This document shows, piece after piece, positions 11,481-24,619 of a stretch of DNA of 64,000 nucleotides (the first letter of the stretch is position 1; each line of letters starts with the position of its first letter). The notes under the pieces were generated by a model. It was given only the letters and a program-made list of their open reading frames with translations. It did no database searches and was not told where the DNA came from. The position numbers and the translations under genes were made by a program. Origin of the DNA: Vicugna vicugna. Lineage: Eukaryota. Location: the NCBI GenBank assembly GCA_013265495.1, contig MU058844.1:1060941-1124940 (forward strand), read 5' to 3'.

Positions 11481-13564
11481 GTTGGGTAGAGGCAAGCTGA
11501 ATCTCTTGTCAAATCTAATTATGTTATAATTGTTTTGGACATGTAGTATGGTGACAAAGCACTTCTACCACATGTAATTTGCCAATTTTCTCATTGTTGT
11601 CCATATCTCTAGCAAAGAAAACGAGAAATTATAATAATAAACATTTATTAAATACATAACTTGGCCCACATTATTGAACACAAACCAAGAACCAAGAGTT
11701 TTATGTACCATTTTAATCTCATACTAAAAGAAAGACCAGGAGCTTTTGATAGATGATCTAAATAAAACTTCAGAACAGTCCTGCAAAATCAGCATCATTT
11801 TTAGCTTTTTTTTAATGAGGAAACTTTTTGCAAACATGGAAAGATCAAGGAACATGCCCAGTAGCTAGTAAGTGTCAGAGAAAGCTTCAATTTAAACTCT
11901 GGAGTATCTGTGCCTGGAGAACTTGTCCCTAACCTGTCTATAAAAAGCTGATAAAGAAAAGGGAAACTTGGGATGCTTTTATCAGATGGCCTTAATTTTC
12001 TCAATAAAATAGAGGAGGCTTAGTGGACTCAAAAGGCTGTGTTCAGATAAAACTGGAGTGAAATGTGATTACCCGGCTTCAAAGTAGAGTACCTTAAAAG
12101 CTACTCTTTTCACTCTTTTCCACATTAAAACCAAAAGTCTGACACTCTCCAAATAGCAAATGCACTTATTTCCATCCTGGTTTCCCTGTGGTTCCTTTCT
12201 TCCTAGCTGGAGGTACCCATGCTTGGCACTTACAGTTAATGCCATAAGTGAGTAAGGGTTTGGCTAGGGGGAAAAACAAAGAATGCATGTTTTCTTTGTT
12301 TGTTATTTTTGGTCTATTGTCCCTGACCCCAGTTGCAAGATGTTGAGGTGAATGTCAAATATTGTTAAGAGTTCTTAGGGAGAAAAATGGTAGGAGGCCA
12401 CTCAAGAAAACCCTTGAAGGAGAAGGCCATCATTAATAGATACATTAACTTTGACTAGAAAGTCTGTTTTGATAGCTGGACAGATGATGCTTTTAGCATA
12501 GCTCCTGTAGAGCTATAGGCACCATTATATCCATAAAGTCTCCTGAGAGACTTGAGTCTGACAAGTCCTTGTCTTCTTTTACAGAGCTCAGCACTCTGAA
12601 AAGTCATGGTTATTGTAAAGGATGCAGGGATCGGGGTTGGGGGTGGCCTAGCACAGGTAATAAGAAGGTAGCCTAGGGAGTAAGTGGGATGGAGAGTGAG
12701 ATGGGAGCTTGGTAGACCAAGGAGTCAACCAGAAGGGAATAGGATAATCACTCAATTATTTATAATTTCAATTATGGAAAGAGCCCTTCTAATGTCCTAG
12801 CTCTTTAAACATTGGGCTTTCTACATGCTGTTACGTGTACTTCCAGAGAAGGTGAGTGGAGAAACAAATCACTTCAGCTCTTGATGAATACATTTTCAAA
12901 GATTATGGTCTAGGGTGGGAGAGAAAACAAACAGAATTTTGTACCTGCAAAGTAATTCATAGTAATCCTCTGGGATACCATGGGCAATTCAAAGCATTAT
13001 GCTAAGAGCATGAAAAGGTAGCACTTTTAATATATTTTCTATTATTTCTGACTGAATAGGTCAGGCAGTTCCAATTGTTGAATACTGGGCTTTTATTATG
13101 GCTTGTGCAATTTTGAAAAGCGTTAAGATTCTTTAATAAGCCTGTAGAGTATAATGTTTCTACTGGGACATATTCTTGTGGGTCTGCACACACAAAAGCA
13201 CACTCCCTTGTAACTGGGGACAAAAAGCCACTGCTGTCTTCCTGAGTTGGGCCTCTCAGTCTCCTGCTGGCAATCAATAGTGCAATCACTCTGGGCCTCG
13301 CATTTGGAGGAGTAGATAGGGGAGGGGGTAAGGTGGGAATACCCTGAGTTGTTAAATGCTGTTGGAAAAATTCACTAAACCGTGAGACCTGTCTGCTCTT
13401 TCCCACACTCAGCCCCCACCAAAGGTAAGTATTCTGTTTATCGCCTGTTGATTCCCCCTTCTATTTCTTCAGTGGCCACTGTATACCTTTAATGTAAGTT
13501 TTCAACTCAACAATTCACTCCTTTATTTATTTACACTAATATTTGAGTATTGTGTAATTTTTGT

Positions 13565-13698
13565 GTGTCATGAAATATCATTCTTCTGAAATTTTCAACC
13601 ATTTAAAAATATAAAAGCCATACTTCTTAGGTTGGGACTGCACAAAAACAGGCATTGGGCAAGATTTGGCCCGTGGGCTGTATTTTACCAATTCCTGG
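13565..13698 (+). mobile_element. MER58-type DNA element fragment
   Basis: ttttcaaccatttaaaaatataaaagccat...acaaaaacaggc...gatttggcccgtgggctgtattttaccaattcctg. Confidence 0.7.
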
Positions 13699-14989
13699 TG
13701 TAAACTGTTAGGGAGGATTATTTATTCTTTACATCTTGTGTGCCTTTCCATGTGGAGTGAGTCTCACAAGCATAAGAACTGCCTTCTCTACCCCATCGCT
13801 AGCTCTGTCCCAGGGGAGGTGGAGTGACTTGATTTGATTGGTGAGGCTACAGGAGAGAGTGGGCATGCCCTTTCCTCTTTTCTTTCTCTTTAGGAACCAA
13901 CTACCTGCAGGGAGCATACACTTTTGTCTGTTTCATGACATGGCCTCCCGAGACCAGCATTGCATGGTGGGCAGTCTGTCTAATTCTGAGCATTAGTATG
14001 AGAAAGTCCACTTGTCTTTCTTATTCAGATATAAGCCGCTTTATCCAATATCAGCTTTGTCAGTAATAAAGGTAATATTTTGGTTTCTAATCCATCTTAC
14101 TCATTTACCTTATTTTTCAATTGATTTAGGCATAGAATAGACATGCTACTTATTGAGTCATCTAATAACTTCAACTTGGATTTACCATCATTTTTGGTAT
14201 TATGGGATTTAGCCATTCCATATCTTTTCATTCTTAATACTTGCTATTCCTTTGGTTAAAACTATTCATGATCAAGTCTGTGGATTCATTCTTTATTCCT
14301 GCTTGTTTTTCATGCCACCTAAAAGACCCATGTCTTATGGGCCTCTCTTTGAAAACTCTCATAGGTACCTCTAGAGACGATCTATGCAGTCTCTATGCCA
14401 CAATATTTTCCCTCTTCTAGATTTCTTGCCTGCTGTTATCAGCTTAATATTCCTGCAACACGGCTCTGAGATGTCAGATGTGTCATACATATCAATCTTT
14501 AATGAGTTCCCATCAATAACCAGATAAAGAATAATGCCATAGATGACATTCAAAGCCTTCCATATTTGAACCTTTCTTATTATTCTAGCCTATTTTTCAT
14601 TATTTTTAAAAAGTATGAATGCATGTAAAATGTTTATAGTAATACCTGGCATATGACAAACACTTAATACATGTCAGCTACATTGTTCCATTGCACACCA
14701 GCCAAACACTTTCTAATCAGAGTGTCGACTTACTATTCCCTACATAACTGGCTTTTACCTATTTTCTTCCATCTGTTCAAGTCATTTTTCAAGTCATTAT
14801 CTCTGCCAGCTGAAATCTTATAGAGGCTCCAAAGCCTGCCTGATGAACCTCCTTCTCTTATGCTTAATTCAGCAGAAGAGCTCAACAATGGTAATTTTTA
14901 CCGATCACTGTGTAAAGTCCTTGGGACCCTCAAGATCACAATTATGTGGCAGAAATTGACATGTGAACAAAAAAAGTTGCTACACAGTA

Positions 14990-15511
14990 TGTGATGGTAA
15001 ATTTTATGTGTCCACTTTGTTGGGCTAAAGGATGTCCAGATAGCTGGTGAAACATTACTTCAGGGTGTGACTGTGAGGGTATCTCTGGAAGAGATTAGCA
15101 TTTGAATCAGTGGACTGAGTAAAGAAGATCACCCTCACCAGTGCAGGTGGGCATCCATCATCCAATTTAGTGAGGCCCTGAATAGAACAAAAAAGTCAGT
15201 GGAAGGGTGAATTCACGCTCTCTGCTCCAGCTGAGACATCTGTCTTCTCCTGCCCTTGGACATTGGTGCTCCTGGTTCCTGGGCTTTTGAACTAAGACCA
15301 GGAATTCAACCATCAGCTTCCCAAGTTCTGAGGCCATCAGACTTGGACTGAATGACACTGCCAGCTTTCCTGGTTCACTAGCTTGTAGACAGCAGATGAC
15401 AGGACTCCTTGGATTCCATAACTGCATGAGCCAATTCCTATAAAGTCTTCTCATATAGATCTCCTCTATATTTTATTGCTTCTGTTTCTCTAGAGAATTC
15501 TGAGTAATACA
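14990..15511 (+). mobile_element. MLT2 (ERVL) solo LTR
   Basis: TG...CA termini; tgtgatggtaaattttatgtgtc start, gaagagattagcatttgaatcagtggactgagtaaagaagat core and ctgtttctctagagaattctgagtaataca end. Confidence 0.9.
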
Positions 15512-15594
15512 GGGAAGCAGAGTGTTAGGTGTGAAATGATATAAGTGATTTCAAGGTGAAATTCTGTAAATAGATGTGAGTGATTCACAAATTG

Positions 15595-16345
15595 CTTTCA
15601 CAAATATTTATTGAATGCTTACTATGTGGCATGCCCTGTACCAGGAACTCTGTATTGCGTAAAAGTAGACCTGGCCCTGTTCTTGTAGGAATTTACCATC
15701 TGCAGAAGGAGACAGAATTCATCAGTTAATCTCAATATAATGCAAAATTAAAACTCAGGCAAATGCAGTGGGGTAGAGTACATGGTACTATGAGAGGATA
15801 AGATAGAAGGATATGTCTAGGAGTGGATGGACATGAAGGGATATGGATGATGGATAGATCAGGGATATGTTTTAGAGGGATAGTCAGCAAGAGAGTAGAT
15901 ATGGCTTCCCAATTCTTTCCATCTTCTAATCAGAGTTTTAAAGGAGGAATTGGGGTTCAGTAAGTAGGGTATGTGGGAGGAAGGGATTTCAGATTAAGAA
16001 AATAACTTATGCAAGTGCACAGAAATATAATATAATATACTGATTCAGGACCTGCAAGATATTTAGTATGGCCAAGGTACTGAGAAGTGATAAGGCGTGA
16101 GGCAAGAGAGGTATTTAAGAATGGCCAGATCATGAAGTATCTTGTGTGTTATTCTAGGAAGATTGGATTCATCATGAGGGTAGTGGGGAAACCTTGAAGA
16201 ATTTTAAGCACTGGAGCTATAAGACCATTGTGTGCAAAGTGGATACAGGAGGGATAGTGAAGAAAAGTGAAACAGGTCTAGAAAAAGGGAGACCACTTTG
16301 ATGATTACTACAAAATCCCAAAGGGAAAATGCTGAAATCCTGCTT
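15595..16345 (-). mobile_element. L2 fragment
   Basis: ttcacaaatatttattgaatgcttactatgtggca is the antisense L2 3' end; downstream gaagaattttaagca motif. Confidence 0.7.
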
Positions 16346-16494
16346 GGACTCTTGGACGTTGAAATTTCAATGTGTTATACCCTCATTATACATTGTTAAA
16401 ATAAGGGAATGATTCTGGTCTCATACTCTTTCTATGTCTGGCTCTCAGGATCTAGGTTTTCAGATAGGTTCCATACAAAGATGAATTTCTATGA

Positions 16495-16900
16495 TTATTT
16501 AAGTTTAGATTTTCCAGAAGCAGACCTCAGAAAGCATTTGAATGCGAGCTGTTTATTTGGGAGGTGATCCTAGGAAATGTTGTTAGGTGAATGAGGAAGT
16601 AAAACAGTGAAGGAAATGCACCCAATAAAGAATATATTAGAGATGAGATGACTACTGAGGCAAATGGGATTCAATCCCTTTAGGGATTCTGGGAAGCAGT
16701 ATAGACCATTCACTCTAGAATTATCCATCTTAAAGTAAAGGAGCTTGTGTATTCAAAATTCTGTTCTTACTTGAGTGATGGCTCTTCTGGACTGCCTCAT
16801 TGCAAGAAGAGTGGGCTCCTACCTGCTGAGACAGCCATCAGGCAGTGGAAGTCAATGGTGTTTCTCTAGGCTTCACCCTAGATTTGTGGTCTTGAGTGAA
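16495..16900 (-). mobile_element. ERVL solo LTR (LTR16-like)
   Basis: cagaagcagacctcag...tttatttgggaggtgatcctaggaa matches a recalled LTR16-family end. Confidence 0.6.
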
Positions 16901-17124
16901 TGAAGTGACCTGAGAAATTCCAGGCTTGTTACAGGGATCTTCTGGGTATCACAAGAGATTTTCTGTTTAAATGTCTGGCAATCTACCCTGTGAACTCTTT
17001 TGAAGTTCTCCAAACAAGGAATAACTGTGGCTCATGTAGCTTCTACAGTGTATGAACATCAATAGTGAGAACATTAAGAAGGCATTTGTTTCTGTTGAGA
17101 GAGATCTAAAGGCACAGAAATAAC

Positions 17125-17312
17125 TCTCATTGATTACATGCCAGTTATGTACCAGGGACAGTGCTAAACCATTTCATACACCTTATCTAATTTAATGACT
17201 TAATCATGGCAGCCACTTTGTGAAGAAGTCATTGTACAATCCTTTTGCAGATGAGAGAATTAAAGAAAATTGAAGCTTGTAGGGTAAAGTGATTTACCCA
17301 CTATCACGTAGT
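17125..17312 (-). mobile_element. MIR SINE
   Basis: tatgtaccagggacagtgctaa...ttttgcagatgagagaatt...aagtgatttaccca. Confidence 0.65.
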
Positions 17313-17763
17313 ATAGCAGTTACCTTTTGCTACAGTAATGCTACATACTTATAACTTAAAAATCTAGCCTTAAAATAGTAACTGATTATTTAGTTTATAA
17401 GTCTGCAGGTTGGTGATTGAGCTGGACTCAGCTGGGATTTTCTGGTCTGAGCTGGGCTCATTACATGTTTGGGAGTCAGCTGACTTGTCAGCAGATGAGG
17501 TTTGCTTTGGCTGGGATGAGGGAGGCCTTAGCTATGTTCCACTTGTTTCTCATCACCCGGTAGGCTAGCCATGGCATGTTCTCATGGCAATGGCTGAGGA
17601 CAAGAGCACAATCTGAAACATGCAAGCACCTTTTAACCCTTTGCTTACAACATGTCTGATAACAACACATTGACCAAAGAAAGTCACTTTGCTGTGACCA
17701 GCACCAGAACGTGGACACAGGAAGGGGTGAAGAATTGGAGGATTAATGCAATCAGTCTCTCAA
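17313..17763 (-). mobile_element. MLT1 (MaLR) solo LTR
   Basis: cagttaccttttgctacagtaatgc...gagctggactcagctggg...ggcatgttctcatggcaatgg...cattgaccaaagaaagtcac. Confidence 0.7.
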
Positions 17764-19834
17764 CTTGGTTAGTAAATGCCAACTGAGGTTTAAACTGAAA
17801 GCCCTGGCAGGCCAAGTTTTGCATACCATGATTCTTTGTAAAAAGAAGCTCCATTTGAATAGGTCCTAGAAAATGTCATCATTGGTTTCAAAGAAGGTGC
17901 GTTTATTTAATCCTCTACATCTTTGTATTGTTTCCAGTTAATCCTCTGACCCAAGGAGGATTTGACTCAATTCATTTATTTTTGTGTTTTGCTTTGTGAA
18001 GAAAGATCTGGTAAGGAGAGAAGAATTCCAGTGCCATTTTTACTGATAGGAAAGTTATTCAGTGGCCACTGGACTCTGCAAACTTCTGTAAAGGATGATT
18101 CTGCATGTGTACAGCTTTATCTTTTTAGTCATTTTGTTATTTCCAAGAGTAGATGGATAATATGAGATGACTATGGCTAATTTGCATTTAAAAGGACTTT
18201 CTCAGAGTGGCAGCTCAGCCCAAGAAGATTGCAAGTTCAACATAAAAGGTCAGAAATACTTGTCCACCAACCAAGATAGTGAAGCTAAGGAGTGCTGGGA
18301 TTGTTCCCGCTGCCCTGGGAAGCCTTGGTTTAGGAATGCATTCTTCTTCTTCTTTTTAAAGAAAAGTTGTGATCAACTCTTTGTGTCCCGGCAGGAGAAA
18401 AGAATAAGACTTGACCTCCTTTTGTTCCAACAATAGCCTGCAACTGCCTCATTCCATTGTCTCAACATGTATCATCTGTCAGTCATCAACTCTCCTTCCA
18501 GGACAGAGCTACATTCTCCTTGTGTTATCACTTTACTATGTGCTGTCCTTTCTCATCTGGTTTTGGAATTTAAAGGAAAAGAAAAAAGACCATGAAAAAT
18601 GTGTAAGTTGGATGCTATTCATTCACTTATTTATAAATAAATGGAAACTGACAGGCACCTCCTCAGAAAATGTTTACTATATGGACAAGTGTTGATGACA
18701 TGAGCTGAAAGACACAGTCTGGTGCCACCAGGACCAGCTGCTCCTTCAGTAGTTACCATTGTGCAGCCTCGCTTTCGTTTTGGCTTGGCACATGCATTTT
18801 CAGCCTGCCTTACATTGTGTCTCCAGGATACTTTATCTCTGGCACTGTCTGCCAGAGACAATAGATGGGCCTTTTCACCAAGCCTGAAAGCTTGGGCTTT
18901 GTCTGCTCTTGATCTCTGGTGTTACTGCTGCTTACATAATGGACCTTGCCTGATGCCAGTGGATGCATCTGCTGTTGGCCCAGTAACTTTACTTCATGGA
19001 AACGCCTCTTGATTTTCTGTTCTTCATGCTGCCGTGCTGACATTTGATAAACTGAATAAATGTTTTTGTTTCCAGTGGAGAAGAAGTACTGCTCATTGCT
19101 TAGCTAGAAGAGCAGTGGATTAAGCTGTTGGATTTATAGTAGGTCTCAGACTGGTTCAATTCACAGATACTGGATGGTCCTTCCTCAGCTACTTCAAGAG
19201 GTACTGTTAGGGAGGCTGTTGAGGAATTGGTAGTTGGGTTCCTTAGGAATGTGCTGCTCTCTGTATGAACTCTAGATTGTACAGACCTGTTATACAGTTA
19301 CAACAGAGGGGTTAAGTCCTTGTCTATCAATCAGTCAGTCAATCAATCAACCAACCAACTAGCACATATTTAATTGCTGCTTAAATGCAGGGCACTGTGT
19401 TGTGCTCTGAGAATACAAAGGGGAATTGGTTACAATCTTTGTTTTAGAGGTTTACAATTGGATAAAGAAAAACTATAAAGTACACAAATTATACATACAC
19501 AGACATACATACACATAAGGTATTATTAGACTCATTCAGAGAAGGAGAATTTCAGAAAGTTACGGGTCATTGTGAGCTGAAATGTCTGGGGAAGACATCC
19601 TTGGAAGAAATTAAATTTAAACCTAATGTGAAAGACTAATATGTTGAGGGTTTAGTGAATGCAGATGTATAAAAATACACAGCCATAAACAGAGCTATTC
19701 TTGGATGTACAGTGGTTGTTTTCGAAATGAAAACACCCTATGCCTTCAGCATTATCTTTTTAATCCACAGAATGCACCATGTGATTTTACTTATTTGCTA
19801 TGTCCTCCAGAGACCTCAGGGGGAAGGAGAGAGG

Positions 19835-20015
19835 GCTGACATTTATTAACCTTCTTTTTGCCATGCGCTGTGCTATCTGCTTTACATATGTTATCTCACT
19901 GAGTTCTTCTGTGGTCCTTTGAGCCATGCATTACTGCTCCTATTTATCGATGAGGAAACTGAGGTGCAGAGAGGCTAAATCACTTACCCAACTCTCATGG
20001 TTATCAAGTGACAGC
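19835..20015 (-). mobile_element. MIR SINE
   Basis: gatgaggaaactgaggtgcagagaggctaaatcacttacccaa core. Confidence 0.8.
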
Positions 20016-22029
20016 TCTCTGCATTATTTATACACAGCCAGTAACCTACATGATTTTAAAGGTAGTCAAGAGAGTAGGGAAATTTAGTATCAATTCCGTT
20101 TCTAAAAAAACCTTTGAAATGCTGCTTGTTAGATGAGTACATTGTCAGTAATTACAGAAATGGATTAAAATGAAAAAAAGAGAAAAATAACAGCAAAAAA
20201 ATAAACTAATACAATTGATGAGTATCCTTTTGGATCACAGATGTCACAGTGTGTGTCATATGGTGCAAATGGAAAAAGATATGTGTGTGTGTGGTGTTGA
20301 GGGGCTGTATTCTGAACTTAGCACACTCTGCACATTTTAGGTACTTACTAATTGGGTCAATATCTGATATATTAGAATTTTGTTACAAAATGATGAACAG
20401 TTCCACTTGGACTCTCAAGGTGGCAGATGTTCTACAGCTAAAAGATTGCTTTGGGAAAACCAGAATAGACCTACTGCACCTAAAATAATTGGCCAAAAAT
20501 ATGAGGGAAAAAAGAGAAAATGGGGACCTGTGGCAAGGCAGCACATCGTATTTGAGTGATGATTCTCAAACTCCTCTGTGGGTCGTGCTCTGGCCTGGAC
20601 CATCTATTCTCCCAGCGGCCTCCTCTTGTAGAGTCATGGACCTTTCACAGTCTTGGCCCCCCAATCCCTGCTGTCTTACATGAATGGGGGAGTGGAGGAT
20701 CCTGCATGCCAGTCCCCAGGGCAGTAAGTGGCTTAAGGGGCAGCAGACTAGGGAATATAATAATGTTATTCGTGCAAGCAGTTGCTTGCACACTATAACT
20801 TTGCCCTGTGTCCTTTAGCTATTCCTGGTGAATTTCCAGAGGGATAATCCCTTACAGTAAAGCCCAAATCCCTCCATGACCCCAGGCTGCAAACATCGCC
20901 TGGCTTCTGTGTGCTCTTGCATTTTGGATTTGTATATGAACCAAAGTGAGCAACCTGCAGTCTACAACCAGGGCTAGGGAGAAGATGATTTCTTCTCATC
21001 TATGCTAACTTCTCAATAATGTGTCCCCTTCGTCTTGCTGAAAAGTCAGTCAACATGAATGCCTCTCTCACCAGGACCACCTGCCTCTCTTTAATCAATG
21101 GCAGACTGTATTTTGCTGCAAGGAATGGTGAGACTTTTCTTTGAAAACTTTTTCATGGTGACGTATGACATGCACACAGAAAAATACACCAAACAAATTT
21201 ATATCTTAATGAATTATAAAGTGATCGCTCATGTAATCGCTGCTCAGGGAAGAACTAGAACTTTGCCAGCACCACAGAAGCTTGCTGAGTGTTCCTTTCT
21301 CACACACCCACGTCTTTTCTCTCAAGACAGCCCTTGTTCTGACCTGGTTGGTAAGCGTTTTGGTGTGTGTGTGTTGATCATTTCACCAATAAAGACTGGC
21401 AGACTTTTTAAGCCTTTGACCTCCTTCAGCTTCACAAGAGACTTCACATGGGAAGCTGAGTGGAAGGAGACTTTGGGCGTGGGCAAGGCTGGGGGTGAAC
21501 CCCTGCTTTGCCGTTTCCTAGCTATACAGCTTCAGCAGTTCACGAATACTCCCTAAAGTTCAAGTTCCTTATTTATGCAGTTGGGATGACAAACCCTACC
21601 CACACGGCTGCTGTACCAGAAGCGAGGTCACACAAGAAGTTACCTAACATGTGGTCAGGGACTTGGTTGCTCTCAGGAGCCTTTCTTGCTCAAGAATGAT
21701 GAAAACTGCCCTGGTGACGTATGTGAAGTCTTCCTTTGTTGCTCTTGACCCCCATTAAAACCTATACCTTCCATCTCCTGTGCCAGACCAGGCTGTCTGA
21801 GTTGTGTAGTGTGATCATTCACTCATTAATTCCTTCAGTGCACTGGTATGGGTGTGTGCAGGTGTACAGTACCTGGCAAACAACAGTCATCGAGTAAATG
21901 TTGGCTGAGTGAATGAATAAGTGAATGGGCCACTTACCCTGGCCCCTTATCTCAGACTTTATCATCTAGTAGAAGAGGTAAGATGTGTATAAAAATGATG
22001 AGGAAAGTGTTATGAGGAGGCTGTATGGA

Positions 22030-22245
22030 GCATCGGTGAAGTGTGCCAGCCCAGCTGCTCCACTTATTAACTGGGAACTGGGACAGTTTACTGAGTAGTC
22101 TGTGCTTTAGTTTAACCACCTGTGAAATGGGGCTAACAACAGTAACTACCTCATAGCTTGTTGGGAGGAATAAATAAGGAAAGTGGGTAAACTGTTTTCA
22201 GAAGAGAATGACACATTGTAAGTCTTAATTAAGTGTGTTGTTGTT
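22030..22245 (+). mobile_element. MIR SINE
   Basis: ctgtgctttagtttaaccacctgtgaaatggggctaacaacagtaactacctcatag. Confidence 0.75.
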
Positions 22246-22439
22246 ATTGTTATTGTTATGAAAGAGTGATAAAATGCCAGAAGAATTTGCAGAAAGGATG
22301 TGGTAGAGAAACTAAATATCGGTTGGGGGCGGGAACTTTTAGAAATTTTTTGGGAGAAGATCTTATTTGCGCTGAGCTTTGAGCCCATGTAAGAATTAGA
22401 TTAATGTCTTTTCTGTCTTGGGGCATTTAAAGGAGCCTC

Positions 22440-22810
22440 ATCTGAGTTGTCCTCTCCCCACCCCTTCCATGCCTATAACCCCTACTTGTCGCTCAATGTC
22501 ATTTTCCCTGAGAAGACTTCCCCTGATCTGACTGACAAGGTTAAGATATTTGATCATAAAAGACTTAAAGCACTGCATGCTTGGTTGGTTTTTAGAGCGC
22601 TGATTACAATTTGTACTTATAAATTTATTTATGCAACTATTTATTTATTTTCTAACTCCTCCACTAGACTGTAAGATTCTTGAGGAAAGTGTTTGTGTCT
22701 TTGTTTTCCCCACTTCTTCATCCCTAGTGCTTGTAAACACAGTAGTAGACCACAATAAATACTGAGCCTGGAGTAGATCCCAGTAAGTACTTGTGGAATG
22801 ATTTCATTTA
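22440..22810 (+). mobile_element. L2 3' fragment
   Basis: ccactagactgtaagattcttgagg...catccctagtgcttgtaaacacagtagtagaccacaataaatac. Confidence 0.75.
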
Positions 22811-23474
22811 TATAAACAGAAGTGGGGGAAGTCATTTTAAGAAGAGGGAAACATAAACAGAGTGAAGATATGGAAAGAATCATAGATGTGATTTATTTAA
22901 TCTAAAATTCATCTATGTACTAAGAAAGAGAATTCTCCCTTTCAGATTATATGCATTTCAGGTACAGTTTCAGAGACCCTGTCCCTACTTCTGTTTTGTA
23001 AGCAACAGGAAAGTCTCAGTGGGAATTCCAGAGGAGCTTAAGGCGGGCAGACAGAGGAAGGAGAGCAGACCGGGGAGTAGACTCTGGGAGCAAGCAAGTT
23101 GGTCTCTGTAGATCCTGCTTCTGCTGAGGATGACACACATGAAGGGCAGTGTGGTGGTTTAGGAAGGGAAACGCGAGGGACACACTGGGGAGGCAGAGAG
23201 GCCAGTGACTGGGACCCTGGACCTGGGAGTCAGATGCTCTGCTCTCAGCCAGTCTGTCCTTGGTGCCGTTCACAAAGACCTGGGTTGTTATGAGGATAAA
23301 TAAGATAACGCGTATAAGTCAGCACAGCCCAGTGCCCAGTAATACGGTGTCTACTGGTGGTTTCTATGCATGAGTACTGTTTTCAGGTCTCCCCTCTTCT
23401 ATGAGGTGTGTTCCTCCACTCCATTTTCATGTATCTGAACTTCGAATGACACTTGCAATCTAAGTGTACTTTTA

Positions 23475-23544
23475 AAAAAAATTATTTTATTTTATTTTTA
23501 TTTATTTTTGAAGGGGGTGGGTAATTAGGTTTATTTATTTATTT

Positions 23545-23577
<33 letters not shown>

Positions 23578-23599
23578 GAAGAGCTTTACCTTACCCCCC
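23475..23599 (-). mobile_element. Camelid Vic-type tRNA-derived SINE remnant lacking its tRNA core
   Basis: Minus strand reads gggggg-taaggtaaagctc / A-run / (taaa)n cctaattacccacccccttc / A-rich tail. It is flanked by TSD aagtgtact(t/c)tta at 23462-23474 and 23600-23612. Confidence 0.7.
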
Positions 23600-24619
23600 A
23601 AGTGTACTCTTATTGTAATGTTTCCTTTTTACATACTAAAGCTAGCATGATATTGAAGGTAAATTCTAGAATCAATGGTCTTAGAATTGAGGGTGTATAA
23701 CTTTATAATTACTTTATTTTTCCTCAGAAAAATGTTTCTTATAGAGTTGACTCTTAATTTGAGAGAAAAAAGAGAAATGTTTAAAGTTGTCACAGAGAAG
23801 TATTATAAATATTTCTAGGTATTTATAAAAAGAGGCGATCTTGGGGATGCTTTCCAAAAACTTATGATTATGAGAGTGGGCAGCTTTTGTTTCTCTCCTA
23901 TTAAGTCACTTGTGTAATACTTTTTGAAGAAATGTGAGACATTTACTTAACTAGTAAAGGACCCCACAAGATAAAATTTCTATTTATAAACACTCCACTG
24001 CAAGGAGTTCAAAGTGCTTGGCAGGCAGTTTCTAATAAACTCTTACAAAATGCATGTGCAAGGAGGCCCAGGGTGGAGGAGAATAGGAATGTAGGAGTCA
24101 TTTCCATTTTTCTGTGTTAGAACACATTTAAGTAACTTTTTGTTTTAGGACACATTTAAGTAACCTTTCAAAAGCCAGAAAATCAGGGACAAAGCTGGGA
24201 AGAGACGAGGTTTTCTAACGCCAAATTTATTGGTTTGCTTGCTAAATACACTTACCATTTCTCAAGTATTTTTGTTTTTGTTTTGTTCGCCTCTCCATTC
24301 TACTTATTTAGACAAACTTTCAGGTTTTTATTTAAAAAATTCTGATTCGTTAACTAGCTGGGTGAGCTATAACTGGATTGGCAATTTGCTTATCTAATGA
24401 GTTAAGTTAAAAGCTAGACATCAGAAAGTAAGGTAAATGCCAGCAATTACTATTAAAAACCTATTTCATAAACCTGAGAGTTGCTCACTGAATGTGTGTA
24501 TCCTTAGATGTAATTTTTTTAAGCCAGTATTTTCTGTTTTCTAAGTGTCAGTGCTAACTGATGTTACAGGAAAAATGTGGTTAGACCAAGATTAGGGAGA
24601 ATTCTGTGTGTGGTGGGTC

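Noticed and set aside
12841..12858. ttccag|agaag|gtgagt as a 5-nt microexon
   Set aside because: Not frame-preserving and has a weak pyrimidine tract.
15167..15454. 95-aa ORF
   Set aside because: Antisense reading of the MLT2 LTR.
21098..21556. 152-aa ORF, the longest in the window
   Set aside because: Runs across L1-like and MIR-like repeat fragments and has no protein-like features.
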